Assembly (NCBI RefSeq): GCF_022045235.1
Contig: NW_027266267.1
Span: 25,668,001-25,732,000, forward strand
Reading direction: 5' to 3'
Length of the DNA: 64,000 nt
Origin: Haliotis cracherodii
Lineage: Eukaryota
Shown: piece by piece, positions 38,447 to 52,527 of the stretch
Position numbering within the stretch: position 1 is the first letter of the stretch
How the letters are laid out: every line of letters begins with the position of its first letter
Program-made: the position numbers and the translations under genes
Notes under the pieces: generated by a model
Database searches by the model: none
Told to the model about the DNA's origin: nothing
Seen by the model: only the letters and a program-made list of their open reading frames with translations

Positions 38447-39917
38447 ACACAGACGCAGACGCACGCACGTACGCACGCATGCACACACACGCAAACGACG
38501 TTCATTCATCCACAACCTTCAAGAATAGTCCTTGTTGTCTAATGAACATTTGACATTGTGGTTGTATCAGGTCTACATCTCCCTCTTTGCTATCCCGCCA
38601 ACCCCTTGTCTGATGAAAGAGTATCACCTTCTATTGACAACTTTCAATGGGTTTTATGAACACATCTAAGACACGTAGCCTTTAATTCACACAAGAGTAA
38701 AAACTGAACAACCTTTTACTTCCATGACAACTTCTGGATGTTGGTATCCATTCACATTGTCCAAGTATTTGGTGCAGATTTCGTTTTGATGGGCCTGAAA
38801 GTACTTCGGGTCAGGATAGCCCTTCTTGTTGGGGTTCTCAGGTGCCTGACATGAAACGTGATAGATGGTATGTCACTCATCTTTACCTCTTAACATATAG
38901 AAACACCCTGTACATATGGGTACACGATTGGAAATACTATACCTCTGCTGAACGTTTACTTTAAGTGTTATCAGGGCATGATAGCGTTATGGTTGAGGTT
39001 CGATAAAATGAGTGCAATTGATACTTCTCTGGTGTACATTCTTTGTTCATGCAATCGACCACCCGGATGCATGCATGAATGATTAACTCTCTCACACAGT
39101 CTCTCATGATTGCTGTTGTTAGGGGCGATGAGGCATCACTAAAAGATTTATCGTCACGAAAAGTTACATTAATCATATGGGTATAATATCTGATCCACAT
39201 TTTCAGTGTCTCTGCCCTTTTCGTCATAATGCTGTGTTATCGCTAAAGGCAGCCTAAAGCTCTACCGACTCACTATTAGTGTAAATTGTCAAATAAATGG
39301 GAATGTGTGCTGAAATTTGATTGGTTGCAAAACGTTTGTTGAATGAGACTGGATCCAAGGACTTGTCGGACTTTTCTTCGCCTTTTGGTTTGGGGCAATG
39401 GTTTCAGATCAATTAACATTAGGTTTGATCCATATTAATCAGAACAAATTAATTTCAGTTGCTTTTTCCCAAATCCTGCTTTACGAGCGTGTTCAGGGAA
39501 GAAGATGATGTCCCAGCATTCCAGAGTGACATTCCATATGTTATTCCATGGCATCAAATATTCAAGATAAACCCGCAAATCTAAAACAAATAATATATAA
39601 ATGTCCCAAATGGAGAAACATGATAATTTTACGGTAACCAATTGCTTATGAAATAATGCAATACACCCCACCTTCTGAAACAGTCCACCTGCCAAATCTC
39701 TGTTCAACCACCTGGCCGCTGTCGCTCCAACCTCCTTAACATGAGGAATTGATGCCGGTGTGTCCAGTCCGTTCTTCCCATTCCATCGCCCGTGGTCGAA
39801 ATGAGTAATTTTCCCAATCTTGAGAATTTCGGGGTATATGGAAACTGTGTAATCACATCGAACACTTGACGGAATAGACACGAAAAGTATCATACATTTC
39901 AGTCCTACTGCGTTCAT
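36271..39917 (-). CDS. GH86-like beta-porphyranase/agarase, paralog G6 (intact, ~613 aa)
   Basis: Exons 39917-39672, 38845-38713, 37733-36271 with GT-AG introns in the same phases. Signal-like MNAVGLKCMILFVSIPSSVRC; EVINEP and IVSEFG present. Confidence 0.85.
38140..38490 (+). mobile_element. tRNA-derived SINE family 4 with (CA)n tail in G6 intron 2
   Basis: tRNA-like head then CATACCA.AAGACGTTAAAA.ATGGTACTTGTT core; homologous copy on the minus strand at ~52247-52527. Confidence 0.75.
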
Positions 39918-42296
39918 GTTATATTGCCAAACCAACAAGAGGGTCAGTGACGATCAGCTGACAAGTTTGTATGCAATGCGAAGATATGCAGGGCCTTTTC
40001 TATCTTATCAGCTTTCGAAATCCTGACATTATGGAAATATAGGACTGTTGACGGTAAAGTGTCCTCAACGTGAGCCAGAACTGGTGAGATAAAGGTTAAG
40101 CCATGTGAAGCACGCAAGTGTATTAAGAATAAGGTTATTGTTATTTGGAAGTTATATTCAATACAATATGAATATTATGATATACATAAATGAAGTATTT
40201 TCAGTTCCTACTATTTCAGATACGAGGTTTCCCGTATAAGAAATCTTGATCTGTGTGAAAAACTCGAGTGTGATTTGTTATCAAATTGATCAACTGCACT
40301 GGTGCATCAAGTACTGCGAGGCAAACTCGAAAATGGCCGTCGTTCCAAATCTGTTTTTTCTTTAATTATGCCAGTACATCATGATTTTATCATGATGTAT
40401 CACAATATGATTGAGGTGTAATGACGTCATAGCGTAAGATCGCTGAACAACTCGTTATAACTTTTGCTTAATGTCATTAAATAATAAGTCAATAACATTT
40501 ACCATGACAACAAAATTTCTACATTGAAGCAATAGTTGATGCAAAAATTCTAACTTGCTTTGCTTTTTGCTTTTAACTTTGCATGCTCATATGAATAAGG
40601 CTACCCCATAAGACATCACTTTGTGAAAAATGAGAGTGCCAACCCCTTTTTGGTACGCTGGATACCAAGCCATGTTAAGTACGCTGGATGCCATGAAATG
40701 GTTATCAGGTACGCAGATGCCAATATTTCAATGATGAAATATATTTTTCGTCTTTTTGTTCTTGCAAAGAGTTAAAAAATTATGAGCATGCATGGCCTTC
40801 TGCGTGAAAATCCCAGACTAATTTACTTGTTCCAGCTGTGCACGCGGATATGACTCAAGACGTCTTAAATTGGATGTCAAGACAAATTAACTGGTATGTC
40901 AGATTCCTAGCGTAAAGGGGTTATACTAGTTTGAAAGTGGCGGACTGTGAGAGCTTACATCTTTCAGTATTTCTAAATGGAGCTGTAGGTGTGACCATGC
41001 ACATTTAAGTGATAAGATAAAACTTGCTGTTTTCTTATTTGGAAAATCACAACTTTTAATCTACGTGCATTGTCAACCCTGCTCGTGGTATTCAACAATG
41101 TGGTAACTGTCTACAACGCGTGTCACTCTGGGCTTTACTTTAGTTTCTATTTTCAGTCAAGGTCTACAGTAGTTACAGGCGTCATGTGTGAATATTGACA
41201 TATGCGTGTTGACAGAGGTTATCGCTTTAGTTGCACATGAAAATGTTAGCCTACTTCTCTTAACGTGTCATGATATTAAAGAAATTGGTTGCGTAGCGAC
41301 GTTAAACTGCACCTCACATATATATTGTACTGGTCAACTTTGCTACTTTTTCACTGAATTATCTGGAATTGTAACCAGGTTCGTACATCGTTCGTAACTT
41401 TAGTTTTATTGTATCAGCCAGGTTAGTGCAATGGACCCAGACCCGAAAATTGTGCATCACACATAATGGATAATGTGATATGGTCGGAACAGTGCAGACT
41501 CCGGCCACAAACAACATACAAGAACGTTTACAGTACACAAACTGGCACTTTTAGAGGCGTAGACAAAATTAGGATATTTATTTATTTATTTATTTATATA
41601 TTTATTTATTTATTCCATATCTTAATGATTTTTGCAAATAACAAGGTATTTGGAAGATTTGTTCTGACTTTTAAACAATGTTGTGACATGATATCCCATT
41701 TTGGGATCCTTAGAGGGATAGTTTTGCATTGTAAATATGGACACGATATACACCATACACTGCTGCCATATCCATATTTAAAGCAATGTTGATATAAGGT
41801 AATAATGATTCCAATGTTATTTCTACAAATTGATAGTCTACAACACATAGCCTGAAAAGGTAGAAATATCAATATGCTATGCGAGCTTATGTGGCCGCAA
41901 GTCGTCAGCGTCATACGTTTAAGATTATTTAAAGACCGCCGTCATAAAACTGTAATATTGCTGAGTGAGGCGTTAAACAACAAACAAACAAACAAAAAGA
42001 AAGAAAACATTGGAATGTTGGACAATGTCATTGTTGTCTTTAGGCGCACAGAATCATACCAATTCAATCGTTCAAATCATTGTATGCTCAATATTTGTAT
42101 TTGTTAAAGCCATATAAGAAAATATTAGATACTCGAAATGCTCCTTTTATGTTGAAAGTGTACCCCTCTCTACTACCATATATTTACATATTACATACTT
42201 TATGATTATAAACTATTTATACACTGGCGTCTCAGTCACAACATATACAACTAACGATTAGCTGCTTATATAATCCAAATAAACTTACGTGTACTG

Positions 42297-42568
42297 GTGA
42301 GTGAGTGAGTTGGGTTTAACCCCGCTTTTAACAGTATTCCAGTTATATAACGGCGTGTCAGCTTAACGTTGAAGGAAAGCCCGAAGTGATGCAGGTCTTA
42401 GACGTTTACCACTTCGATAAAACCCACGAGCACGGGTATGCTGCTGACAAACCTAGAAACATAATCGGGGCGAACCGGGATTCGAACCCACAATCATAGG
42501 TTTCTGGCATGCCCAAGGGACGCAACTCTGCACAGCGAATCGAGACGACTGGGCCACCCGTGCCCCCA
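42297..42568 (-). mobile_element. SINE family 1 upstream of G7
   Basis: Family homology. Confidence 0.85.
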
Positions 42569-42780
42569 CATGTATTGGTACGGAAAGGATCTATATATGA
42601 ACTAGCTTTGAATCTCACTCTGATGTCTTTTTATGGTTAAAATGTCTACATGTACTGTAGGGATTGTTCAACTGATAAGATAGCAACATTCTTTCCAATG
42701 CATGGATATAAGGTACAGTCTTGTCAGCAGATTGGCTCTGATTCTCTCGTTAGGCGATATATATCGTGAAAGCAGCAGAG

Positions 42781-45672
42781 ATGAAATGTCTGACACTTTT
42801 CGTGTCCATTCTATCAAGCGCAAGATGTGATTACACCGTGTCCATTTATCCTGAAATTCTCAAGATTGGCAAAGTTACACATTTCGACCACGGGCGATGG
42901 AATGGGAAGAATGGATTGGACAGCTCATCATCAATTCCTCTTGTTAAGGGGATTGGAGCGACGACAGCCAGGTGGTTGAACAGAGACTTGGCAGAGGGAT
43001 TATTTCAGAAGGTAGGGCGTTCTTTATTCTTTCATAAGCAATTGGTTACCGTATAATTATTATGTTTATACATTAAGAAGATAACAGCCTTGTCCCACTG
43101 TCCAAACATGGAGACCAGAGAAGTATCGTTGCATCGAACCTCGATGTTCGTACTGAATTAAGATCCTATCCACGTTCTACATTGTTACGGACAGTATACT
43201 TTAACTGTGTAATCAGGCCTACCAATGAAAACCAGCTGAAAGCAACCAAACTACAGAACACTTGTACTGGAGATAGACATAGAAATGGCCACACAAATTA
43301 CAAACAAGACACACTTCCCATAAAGTGTGCATCGTAATGATTAAAACCTGCCACATTTTCAGTGGAAATCACTACAAACCAATTGCGGGCGCGCTGTTTT
43401 TTTGCTGTCTTGGTAATTCCCTGTGTTTGGTTCCAATGTAAACGTGGAAGGTGTTAATCAGTATGAAGTACACATGATGGGGAGTATGTCAAGTTTGTAA
43501 TTTGTGTGGCTATTTCTATTCACATTTTCCATAGTTTGGTTTCTCTCTGGTCGGTTTCATTGGTAGTCCTGATACTGTTATCCGCTGATACACTAAACAT
43601 TCCCCAAAGGCATATTATTACCAACAGTCTAACTCCCTTTATCTCTGTAACTGTACAAAATGTTTAAGGTATATATTATGTCATAAGGTAAAGATCAATG
43701 ACTAACCCTCTATCACCTTTCATGTCAGGCACCTGAGAACCCCAACAAGAAGGGCTATCCTGACCCGAAGTACTTTCAGGCCCATCAAAGCGAAATCTGC
43801 ACCAAATACTTGGACAATGTGAATGGATATCAACATCCTGAAGTTGTCATGGAAATAAAAGGTAGTTCAGTTTTCACACAGGTTAAATGTGTTCATAAAA
43901 GCCATTGAAGGTTGTTAATAGCAGGCGATAGGCTCTGATTAGCCAAGGGGTTGGTGGGATAGCAAATGGGTTGGACATGAAATGCAACACAATGTCCAAT
44001 GTTCAGTGGACAATATGGCTTTTCTTTTAGAATGAGGTGATCATTAACATAGTCATGTGCATATACGTGTGTGTGTGTGTGTGTGTATTAACACTTATGT
44101 GCTTATTCTCAGCATATTTATATCCAAACTATTTATAGTCGTGAAATTTGACCTTGTCGCACCGCATCGATATTTCACTGTCGTTACACACTAATGGTTT
44201 TGTATCCAGGTATCACTTGGCCTCACTGGATGGACACCTCAGCCCACCACGGATTCTTCCCTAACAACATCGATGCTGCAGCCGAGTTCGTCTTCCTGCT
44301 GGTCGACGCAGTCAACAAAGGAACCAAGGGAAAACCACCTCAATTCTTTGAAGTTATCAATGAACCAGAAAGCCAAAGGAAGAACACAAACTGGACTACC
44401 TTTATCACATTTCATCAGGCAGTAGCTCAGAAAATTAAGGCAAAATATCCCAGTATGAAGGTCGGAGGCCCAACGTTAACTGGAGCTTCCATGTTTTTCG
44501 ATCGTAACGACTTCCGGAATTGGAAGAGAGATGCCGAATTTCTAGACATGGCTCTGACCCATTTAGACTTTTTCTCGTTTCATTCCTACTCAAGTATGGA
44601 TGTGAGTGGAGGCTCACACCATTTCCACGGGAGTTCCGAAGCTAAGCTCTTTGGTCTTCTGGATCTCGTTGAGAGCTATTCTAATAAGAAGAAAGGTAAA
44701 TTGATTGATATCATTGTCAGTGAATTTGGTCTCGGTCCGGTATCAGGACTTGATGTACAGAAACCATCCACCTTTCTTGACTGGGCGTATATTTATCAAC
44801 ATAATTCCCAGATATTCACCTTTCTCCAACGTCGGGATGTCATGAGAAAAGCGGTGGCTTTCCTGCTCACATATACCGATCGACTTGGGCAGGCAAGTAT
44901 TAACTACAGCATCCTTGATAAAAACCACAACGAGAGGGACATTGCCCAAGCTTTCAAGTTCTGGAAGAACTTCTATGACACAATGACATACTTACGAGTG
45001 GACAGTCAGTTCCATAATGCTGAGAGGAAGATTGTACCCCACGTTTTAGTTGATCAAGGGAACGGCAGCCTCAGCATTCTTCTTCATAACCATGACCAAA
45101 AGCCAAGTCATGTGACGCTACATTTTGACAAAGGTTGGTTCAATCCGACAAGTGGAAAGTCCACCTGTGAATATCTAAACGCACAGAAGAAACCAACTCT
45201 AGCTACAAACCAACCAGTTCATGTCACTAACTCCATGGTAACCGTTCCTGCTGAAGCGAGTTGTTACTTCCAGTTCCACACAACCCACAACTTTGCCCAT
45301 GCTCCGACTGTGACCCAGAACACCTACTACTCCCCCGACATGGTTGTCCCCATTCACAACACCGTCGTCGATGTTAAAGTAAACGTCCCGAACATTGGCA
45401 ACATTGACTTTGTTCGTCTGAGGGTTAGTGTCAGTTTCAGCATGAAGTCTCCCCATCAGAAACTAAAGACGGTGGTTGTTAACACTCACACCTTGACGTC
45501 CTTCTACTCTCTGCAGACCCACAGCGGCGCTGGTGAAGACACTGTATGGGAGGTCTTTGAGTACAACGTCCCCAACAACATGCTACACCAACACAACAAT
45601 GACGTCAAACTTAGCTTCTCCGAGGCTGGGGGTTATCTGTCTACTGTGGCAGTGATCGTTGGGAGTCACTGA
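42781..45672 (+). CDS. GH86-like beta-porphyranase/agarase, paralog G7 (intact, ~608 aa)
   Basis: Exons 42781-43011, 43729-43861, 44210-45672. The upstream ATG of B1 is GTG here (42766), so the start is MKCLTLF. EVINEP and IVSEFG present; AATAAA at ~45704. Confidence 0.85.
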
Positions 45673-45779
45673 GGGTGATACATGTAAGGAATCCCAATAA
45701 CTGAATAAATTTTATCAAAAACTTAACAGTTGTGCTTAAATATGTCACAAGGTGAAGTAAATGTGTGTGTTTGATAATT

Positions 45780-46868
45780 ATAATGAAAGCGGCAAACCCT
45801 TTACATGTTCAATAAAAAAAATATAGCACCGTCAATTGTACAATTCCGACTATATCATGGACATGTGTTTATGAATCACTGTCAAATAATAATAATACCA
45901 GGTGTTCGCGAAAAGGTGAGCGTGTGCTGCCCCACAGGTAGCACCCGTCACAAACACATGCAAAGGCAAGTCAATTGGTTACGTGAAAAAACAACACAGA
46001 AACATATGGTACAAGTCAAAATAGGGCATTGCATCGGACATAATGTTTTTCAGCTATACGTTAAATTTGGAAATGTCCTACACATATTTTTCTAAAGCTA
46101 TATTGAAACCTTGAATGTTGCAACCTTGATCAAACAACTTGAGCAAGGCTTGTATGACGCACTTTGAACTCTTGGCAGAAAGAGCATGCTGGATTGCACT
46201 TCAGAAGTTGTGAAATGTAGACACCAAGTGCTGGAGCGGCAAGAATATTGCTCGACATGAAGGGAAAGTTGACTATTGGAATGGTTAAGTCAGCCTCTTA
46301 TCAGACAGTTTTCTGGAGCGTGTTTTGTTTCACTGAATCTTTATGCATGAAACAGATGAGCAGTCGCACTGGTCTCCTTTATTTATAGTTCAGATGGGTA
46401 AATCAGTGGAAGGAAATTGGCAATTTGATGGTTATTGAACGGTATCAGATCATCGATATACCTGAGCTTAAGTTAAACTTCTCGGCCAAATTACTTTGTT
46501 TTGACATTGCCATTCCAAGCAAATTCCGATCCCTATCCATGAAGAAACTGATCCGCAAGAAGGGGAGCACAATTGCAGCCTATGGGGATGCCCACCTCTT
46601 GCCTAAATGTCTTAGCCCCAAATTGTACAATGAGGAAGTCCAGCATTTCACATATTGTTTTGTAGGTAAACTTCAGATGGTATTTGCTTTCATATTTGAC
46701 AAATAGTCCTGAAACACTTATTGTAACAAAAGCCCATGGGTCAAGGAATTATTTTTTCCTTACTTTTGTCAAGTATGATATAATGCATGTTCATAGTTTC
46801 AAAATGAACTTTAAATATTAAAAAACGTCCAATGGATGGATGGGGGGGGGGGGGGGGGGGGGTAGTAG

Positions 46869-46910
<42 letters not shown>

Positions 46911-47497
46911 ACGGGTCGGCGGACGACACACCACAGGGGTACAATGTACAACTTTCTGGTATCCCCGGACATGGTGTTCCCGAAACCATGGTCGCTCACT
47001 TACTCCAAACTTTGACAGAATAGGATACAACGCTACAGTTTCATAACTGAAACCATCCCTTCAATATTTACTCATAGAACTAACAGTGTGTTTTCTGATA
47101 ACCACCTAAAACACAAGCACCAGCAATGCTCACATGCCCAAAGTGACACGGGATGTAGACCAGTACCTTGATGAAACAGGAGCGTATATTTCACCAGCCC
47201 AAATACCAAAATAGGAGCGAAGTAGCTCATTACCACAGACTTGGTCGCTTCTCTAACCCACTACCCCCTATTTTGACTATGCTCCCGTGTTTTTTTAGGT
47301 TAACGATTAACTTGCCTTTGCATGTGTTTGTGATGGGCCACCGGTGGAGCAGGATACGCTCACCTTTTCGCGAAAACCTGGAAAATCATCACTATTTGAA
47401 AGTGATTCATATACACATGCTCATGATATAGTCGGAATCGGACAATCGACTCTTTTGTCAGAGATTTATTATGAATATGGAAAGGGTTATTTTCAGC
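45780..47497. mobile_element. Foldback/non-autonomous element with ~250-bp imperfect inverted arms
   Basis: ~45780-46030 is the reverse complement of ~47260-47497 (e.g. TTCCGACTATATCATG / CATGATATAGTCGGAA; TCGCGAAAAGGTGAGCGT / ACGCTCACCTTTTCGCGA). Confidence 0.65.
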
Positions 47498-50032
47498 CTC
47501 TTTGAGGATGTTAATAAATTGTACAAGCTTTAAAAATATTTACCCGTATTTAAATAAGGATGACACTCTGCATACAATCCGATCTCGGCAATGTCGGAGA
47601 TATCCATTTTATAAATATGTACGTTACAATTGTCAGTATAAAGAGAACGTGCCGACTGCATACTTGGCGACCATTATCCGTATCTTTCCTATTACAGATG
47701 ACCATGTCTCGCCCACTTGTGGATGCGATCGTTTGGCCATTACAGTACTCTGCGTTGCCCAGCTTCATCTAAGGGGAACAACTCACTACACTCTAACAAT
47801 AGTATCGTCCAATTTAAGTTTTCAGCGTACGTTCGAAAATAGTATTTAATTGTGAAACAAACCATGCCCCGTTCTTCATTGTTCTTATCGCATTGCTGTC
47901 TTATATAACGAAATATGTATGCATTTATTTGCTTTGAACGGAATGCAATGTGAAGCCTGAAGCTTCAGTTGTAAACACTACAAACGTTATCTAAACATCT
48001 GCCACGTTCTCACAGCTCGCAACGTATTACATTTTTCACGTTGTAATGTTAAAATAGAATATTTCACACGAATTGCCCGTCGTAACAGAGAAAGTCCTTA
48101 TCTGAGTTTCAGTCTGCAAACCAAAAATGCTTTGAAAAGAATATGTGAGTGTTTTCTTTCACAAGTTAAAACATCACCTAACAAAGGTAATTATGACGGG
48201 CCATTAAGGCATCTGTATATCTGTAAATAAAATAATTTTTTGTACTTCTTGTTATCAGGCTGAGGAGGCTACAGATGGTGAATGTCCTATTTGAACCTAA
48301 CTATATCAACAAGAAACCAACGAGCACAAAACAAACTCTCTGCTAATGTTATGTAAAACGCCAAAACGGCCAATTCTAAATTCAACTTTATCAGGCGGTG
48401 GGCATATTTCAAACACGAGAGAAACCCAAAGCTGCATTATATCAAAAGATATTTCTCGGGCACATGTTTCAAAAGTTAGGGGGGAGGTAAGACGTTTTTT
48501 AATTGTTGCAACAAAAAAAAAACCGGGGAGAGACTTTTTAATTTAATTCCCACCATGCACCACCAACACCAAACAACACGAACTGACATACAATTAAAGT
48601 GTTTAATATGTCCGCAGCATGCATAACAGTGTCTTCTTCGTGTGAAATTGGGCAATAAAAATGACTGACGAGAATGATTTAAAGAGACACGCCGATGCCT
48701 TCTTGTTTCCGTAAACAATTCATGATGCTATTTGCATAACATGATCATTATCATTAGGCTTGGTTCATACTTCGTTGTCATCACATTTCGCTGGGCTATA
48801 CACCTAACCCAGCCTTCATTTGGTCTCGCCTTGTGATGGGTGCACTCTTGACTAGAACCTAATCACCGCATGCATGCACATAAACCATAGCGCTCTGTTT
48901 GATACGCACATATTTACACTTTCACTGTTGTTTATTAAGTGTTTCATTACATACACCCTTGCACTGATAGTGGCATCAGTGAATACCAGTCAAATGTGTC
49001 TATGTTGGTCTCCTATAAATGAACGCTAATGTTCGTCTTGATGTTTATCTTTGCATCTATGTTACGGGAACTCTCAACATGTTCGATCATTGATTCAACT
49101 CAATTCTTGCGTTTTCTGTGACCCGTGAAGATCCGGGGTAGAATTATGTCTTCAGCAACCCATGCTTGCCGTTAAAGGCGACTATGCTTGTCGTAAAAAG
49201 CGACTAACGGGATCGGGGGTCAGGCTCGTCGACGTGGTTGATGCATGTCAGTGTATCCCAATTGCGTGGATCAATGCTCATGATATCAATCACTGGATTA
49301 TCTGGTCCAGACGCGATAATTTCGGACCTCCGTCATATAGCTGGAATATTGCTGGGAGCGGAGTTAAAAAACAGACAAACAAAACAAACTTTATTTCTGT
49401 CCTTGAGGTCAGTGACCCCAAAACCAGAATAATATCCTGTTTTTACATGAAGAGTAACAACCCACAACCCTTGATGTACAAATTTTTTTTTTACATTAAG
49501 GGTTAATATCATACATATCGCCCCTTAATATAAAATATTCTTATAAACAAAGTTTGATTGGAAATATAGGATACATTTTGCTATTTTCACGTTTTTTATT
49601 GTTTTTGTTCGGTTTCTTGCAATTATTCGTAATAAGTGACAGCGTAAGAAACTGACTTTGCTCAGATCTGAGAACAAGAGGGGCTATTATAAGAATGGCA
49701 GGCTCGTTATTGAGGACCTGCAAGCTTCTACTCTGGAAGGTGATGAGCATCAGTTGTCCGCTCCAGTCGCAGATCACGACTCAAGCGGAACATCGTCAAC
49801 TGTGGATCAGGAGCGGGTGCTGGCGTCAAGGTAAAAGGTTATGCAAAAGCACATCTGACCTTGCAAGGAACATAGAAATTTAACCAACAAACTGTTCGAC
49901 ATTGGCTTTGTCTCTTTGTCGTCATACGGCCCACTTCCATTCACTCGCACGACAAAGATGAACATAGCATCCCGGAGACACTGTCCGGAAGTAATATACA
50001 ACCAGTAGCTATAAAGTTGCCTGTACCTTGTC

Positions 50033-50230
50033 ACGTATGTGAACACGGGGTCCCATCATGAATGTCCTTGATCTCTATCTTATAACGTATGTGAACACGG
50101 GGTCCCATCATGAATGTCCTTGATCTCTATCTTATAACGTATGTGAACACGGGTCCCATCATGAATGTCCTTGATCTCTATCTTATAACGTATGTGAACA
50201 CGGGTCCCATCATGAATGTCCTTGATCTCC
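50033..50230. repeat. 52-bp tandem repeat, ~4 copies
   Basis: Unit ACGTATGTGAACACGGGGTCCCATCATGAATGTCCTTGATCTCTATCTTATA. Confidence 0.9.
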
Positions 50231-51736
50231 TACTCTGGAAGGTGATGAGCATCAGTTGTCCGCTCCAGTCGCAGATCACGACTCAAGCGGAACATCGTCA
50301 ACTGTGGATCAAGAGCGGGTGCTGGCGTCAAGGTAAAAGGTTATGCAAAAGCACATCTGACCTTGCAAGGAATATAGAAATTTAACCAACAAACTGTTCG
50401 GCATTGGCTTTGTCTCTTTTGTATCTGAACATGACATTGTTGCTTTATATGCACCATAGCCAATAGATAATTACTTTGGTGACATTTTTCCGGGATATAA
50501 ACATTTTTGTCGTTTGTACATGGTCGTTGTAGAGAGGGAATCTAAAAATCATTAGTCGTTTGCACATCTAGACAAAGTAACGATCAATTAAATCTGCGAA
50601 ATTCCATGAAAGTTTGATAGGTATTATTTCATAGTGTTAACCCTTAATGTAAAAAAAAATATCTATCACTTCAAAACTTAATGTGAAAAAAATACATTAA
50701 GAGTATATTTTACATAAAGAGTTGTAACAAGGGTGAACCCGCAACCCTCAATGTAAAATATGTTTACAGTAAGAGTATTTTAACATAAATGGTTGTAACA
50801 GTGCTGCCTTTTAATTACACCGGCATATCTTCTGTGCTTAAAAACCACAAGGTTACTTCCCACTTCCTGAAAGATCCACGAAAAACAAAACCGAAAGGCA
50901 GCAACACATTCTTGACAGAAGTTGCCCAGGTTTGACATTTGGCACAATCCAATTGCAAGACATACATTTCATATACCTAACGAGTACATCTATTGCTGAG
51001 CATGTGTATAATTCCAACTAAAACTTGATGCTCCTCAGTATAGAATTATAATATATATAACGTATCTTTCAATTTTTGGGAGAAGTCTTACTTATGTTTA
51101 GAAACATGTCCCCTCTCTATGAACTCCTGTCATTAGTAGCCCCAAACCATAGAGTAAAACTGACATTATTTGAAAATCCAAACTAAAAGTAAACATTGTA
51201 TGGAAATTTGTCAAAACTAAACATTGTCCTCAGCAATAATACTTTCTTGGCCATTAGTGCTACGTATCTCAAAGTTTGAGAAAGACTTGTAAGCACTGTA
51301 CGAAGATATTATGTTGGTTAACAACGTCAACATTACACTCACCCTCTGACACTGTTACTGTAGAAACTGGCACTAATCCTACATTCCTTGCCAAACTACC
51401 CAATAGTTAAGGCATTATGAGGACCTGTAGAAATGTGCCATTATTACGGGTTTTACTATATGTTATCATTACAAGCACTAGTTGACTAAAACGGTTAGTC
51501 ATATGTAATTCTTATTTTCCATTTTTTATTTTACTTTTAGAAAGAATAGCGACTTGAAAAGCAAGGAAGAGGGCGCAAGGATGCTGGTGTGAGATTGTGG
51601 ACCGGTCACGCTTGTGTCCCTGCCGTCATACGGCCCACTTCCATTCACTCGCACGACAAAGGTGAACATAGCATCCCGGAGACACTGTCCGGAAGTAATA
51701 TACAACCAGTAGCTATAAAGTTGCCTGTACCTTGTC

Positions 51737-52162
51737 ACGTATGTGAACACGGGGTCCCATCATGAATGTCCTTGATCTCTATCTTATAACGTATGTGAAC
51801 ACGGGGTCCCATCATGAATGTCCTTGATCTCTATCTTATAACGTATGTGAACACGGGGTCCCATCATGAATGTCCTTGATCTCTATCTTATAACGTATGT
51901 GAACACGGGGTCCCATCATGAATGTCCTTGATCTCTATCTTATAACGTATGTGAACACGGGGTCCCATCATGAATGTCCTTGATCTCTATCTTATAACGT
52001 ATGTGAACACGGGGTCCCATCATGAATGTCCTTGATCTCTATCTTATAACGTATGTGAACACGGGGTGCCATCATGAATGTCCTTGATCTCTATCTTATA
52101 ACGTATGTGAACACGGGGTCCCATCATGAATGTCCTTGATCTCTATCTTATAACGTATGTGA
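51737..52162. repeat. 52-bp tandem repeat, ~8 copies
   Basis: Same unit as at 50033. Confidence 0.95.
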
Positions 52163-52244
52163 CAATCGTTTGTAATTGAGGTGAGGGGAGGTGAAATGGG
52201 GTTTAACGTCGCGTCCAAGATTATTGCGCTTATATAGCGACGTG

Positions 52245-52246
<2 letters not shown>

Positions 52247-52282
<36 letters not shown>

Positions 52283-52527
52283 TGGCTGCTTGTACTAGTC
52301 CGGACACTGAGATACCATGCCGCAGTTTAACATGAATACCCCACTCAGGCACAGTACACTGACTCCGAGCCGACCAGTCCTTGTTATAGCCCCTTAATGC
52401 CGAGCTCCAGACATGGTAACAACAAGTACCATTTTTTAACGTCTTTTGGTATGACGCGGCTGGGGATCGAAACCCGGACCATCCACTCTCCGGGCGGACG
52501 CTCTACCATTAGACCACGGAGGCGGTC
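52247..52527 (-). mobile_element. SINE family 4
   Basis: Reverse strand GACCGCCTCCGTGGTCTAATGGTAGAGCGTCCGCCCGGAG... tRNA head with a (CA)n tail. Confidence 0.8.

Noticed and set aside
1526-45672. Bacterial contamination explaining the GH86 genes
   Set aside because: Conserved GT-AG introns, host SINEs inside the introns, poly(A) signals and no operon-like organisation.
51737-52162. Possible CRISPR array (52-bp repeats)
   Set aside because: Near-identical tandem units without spacers.
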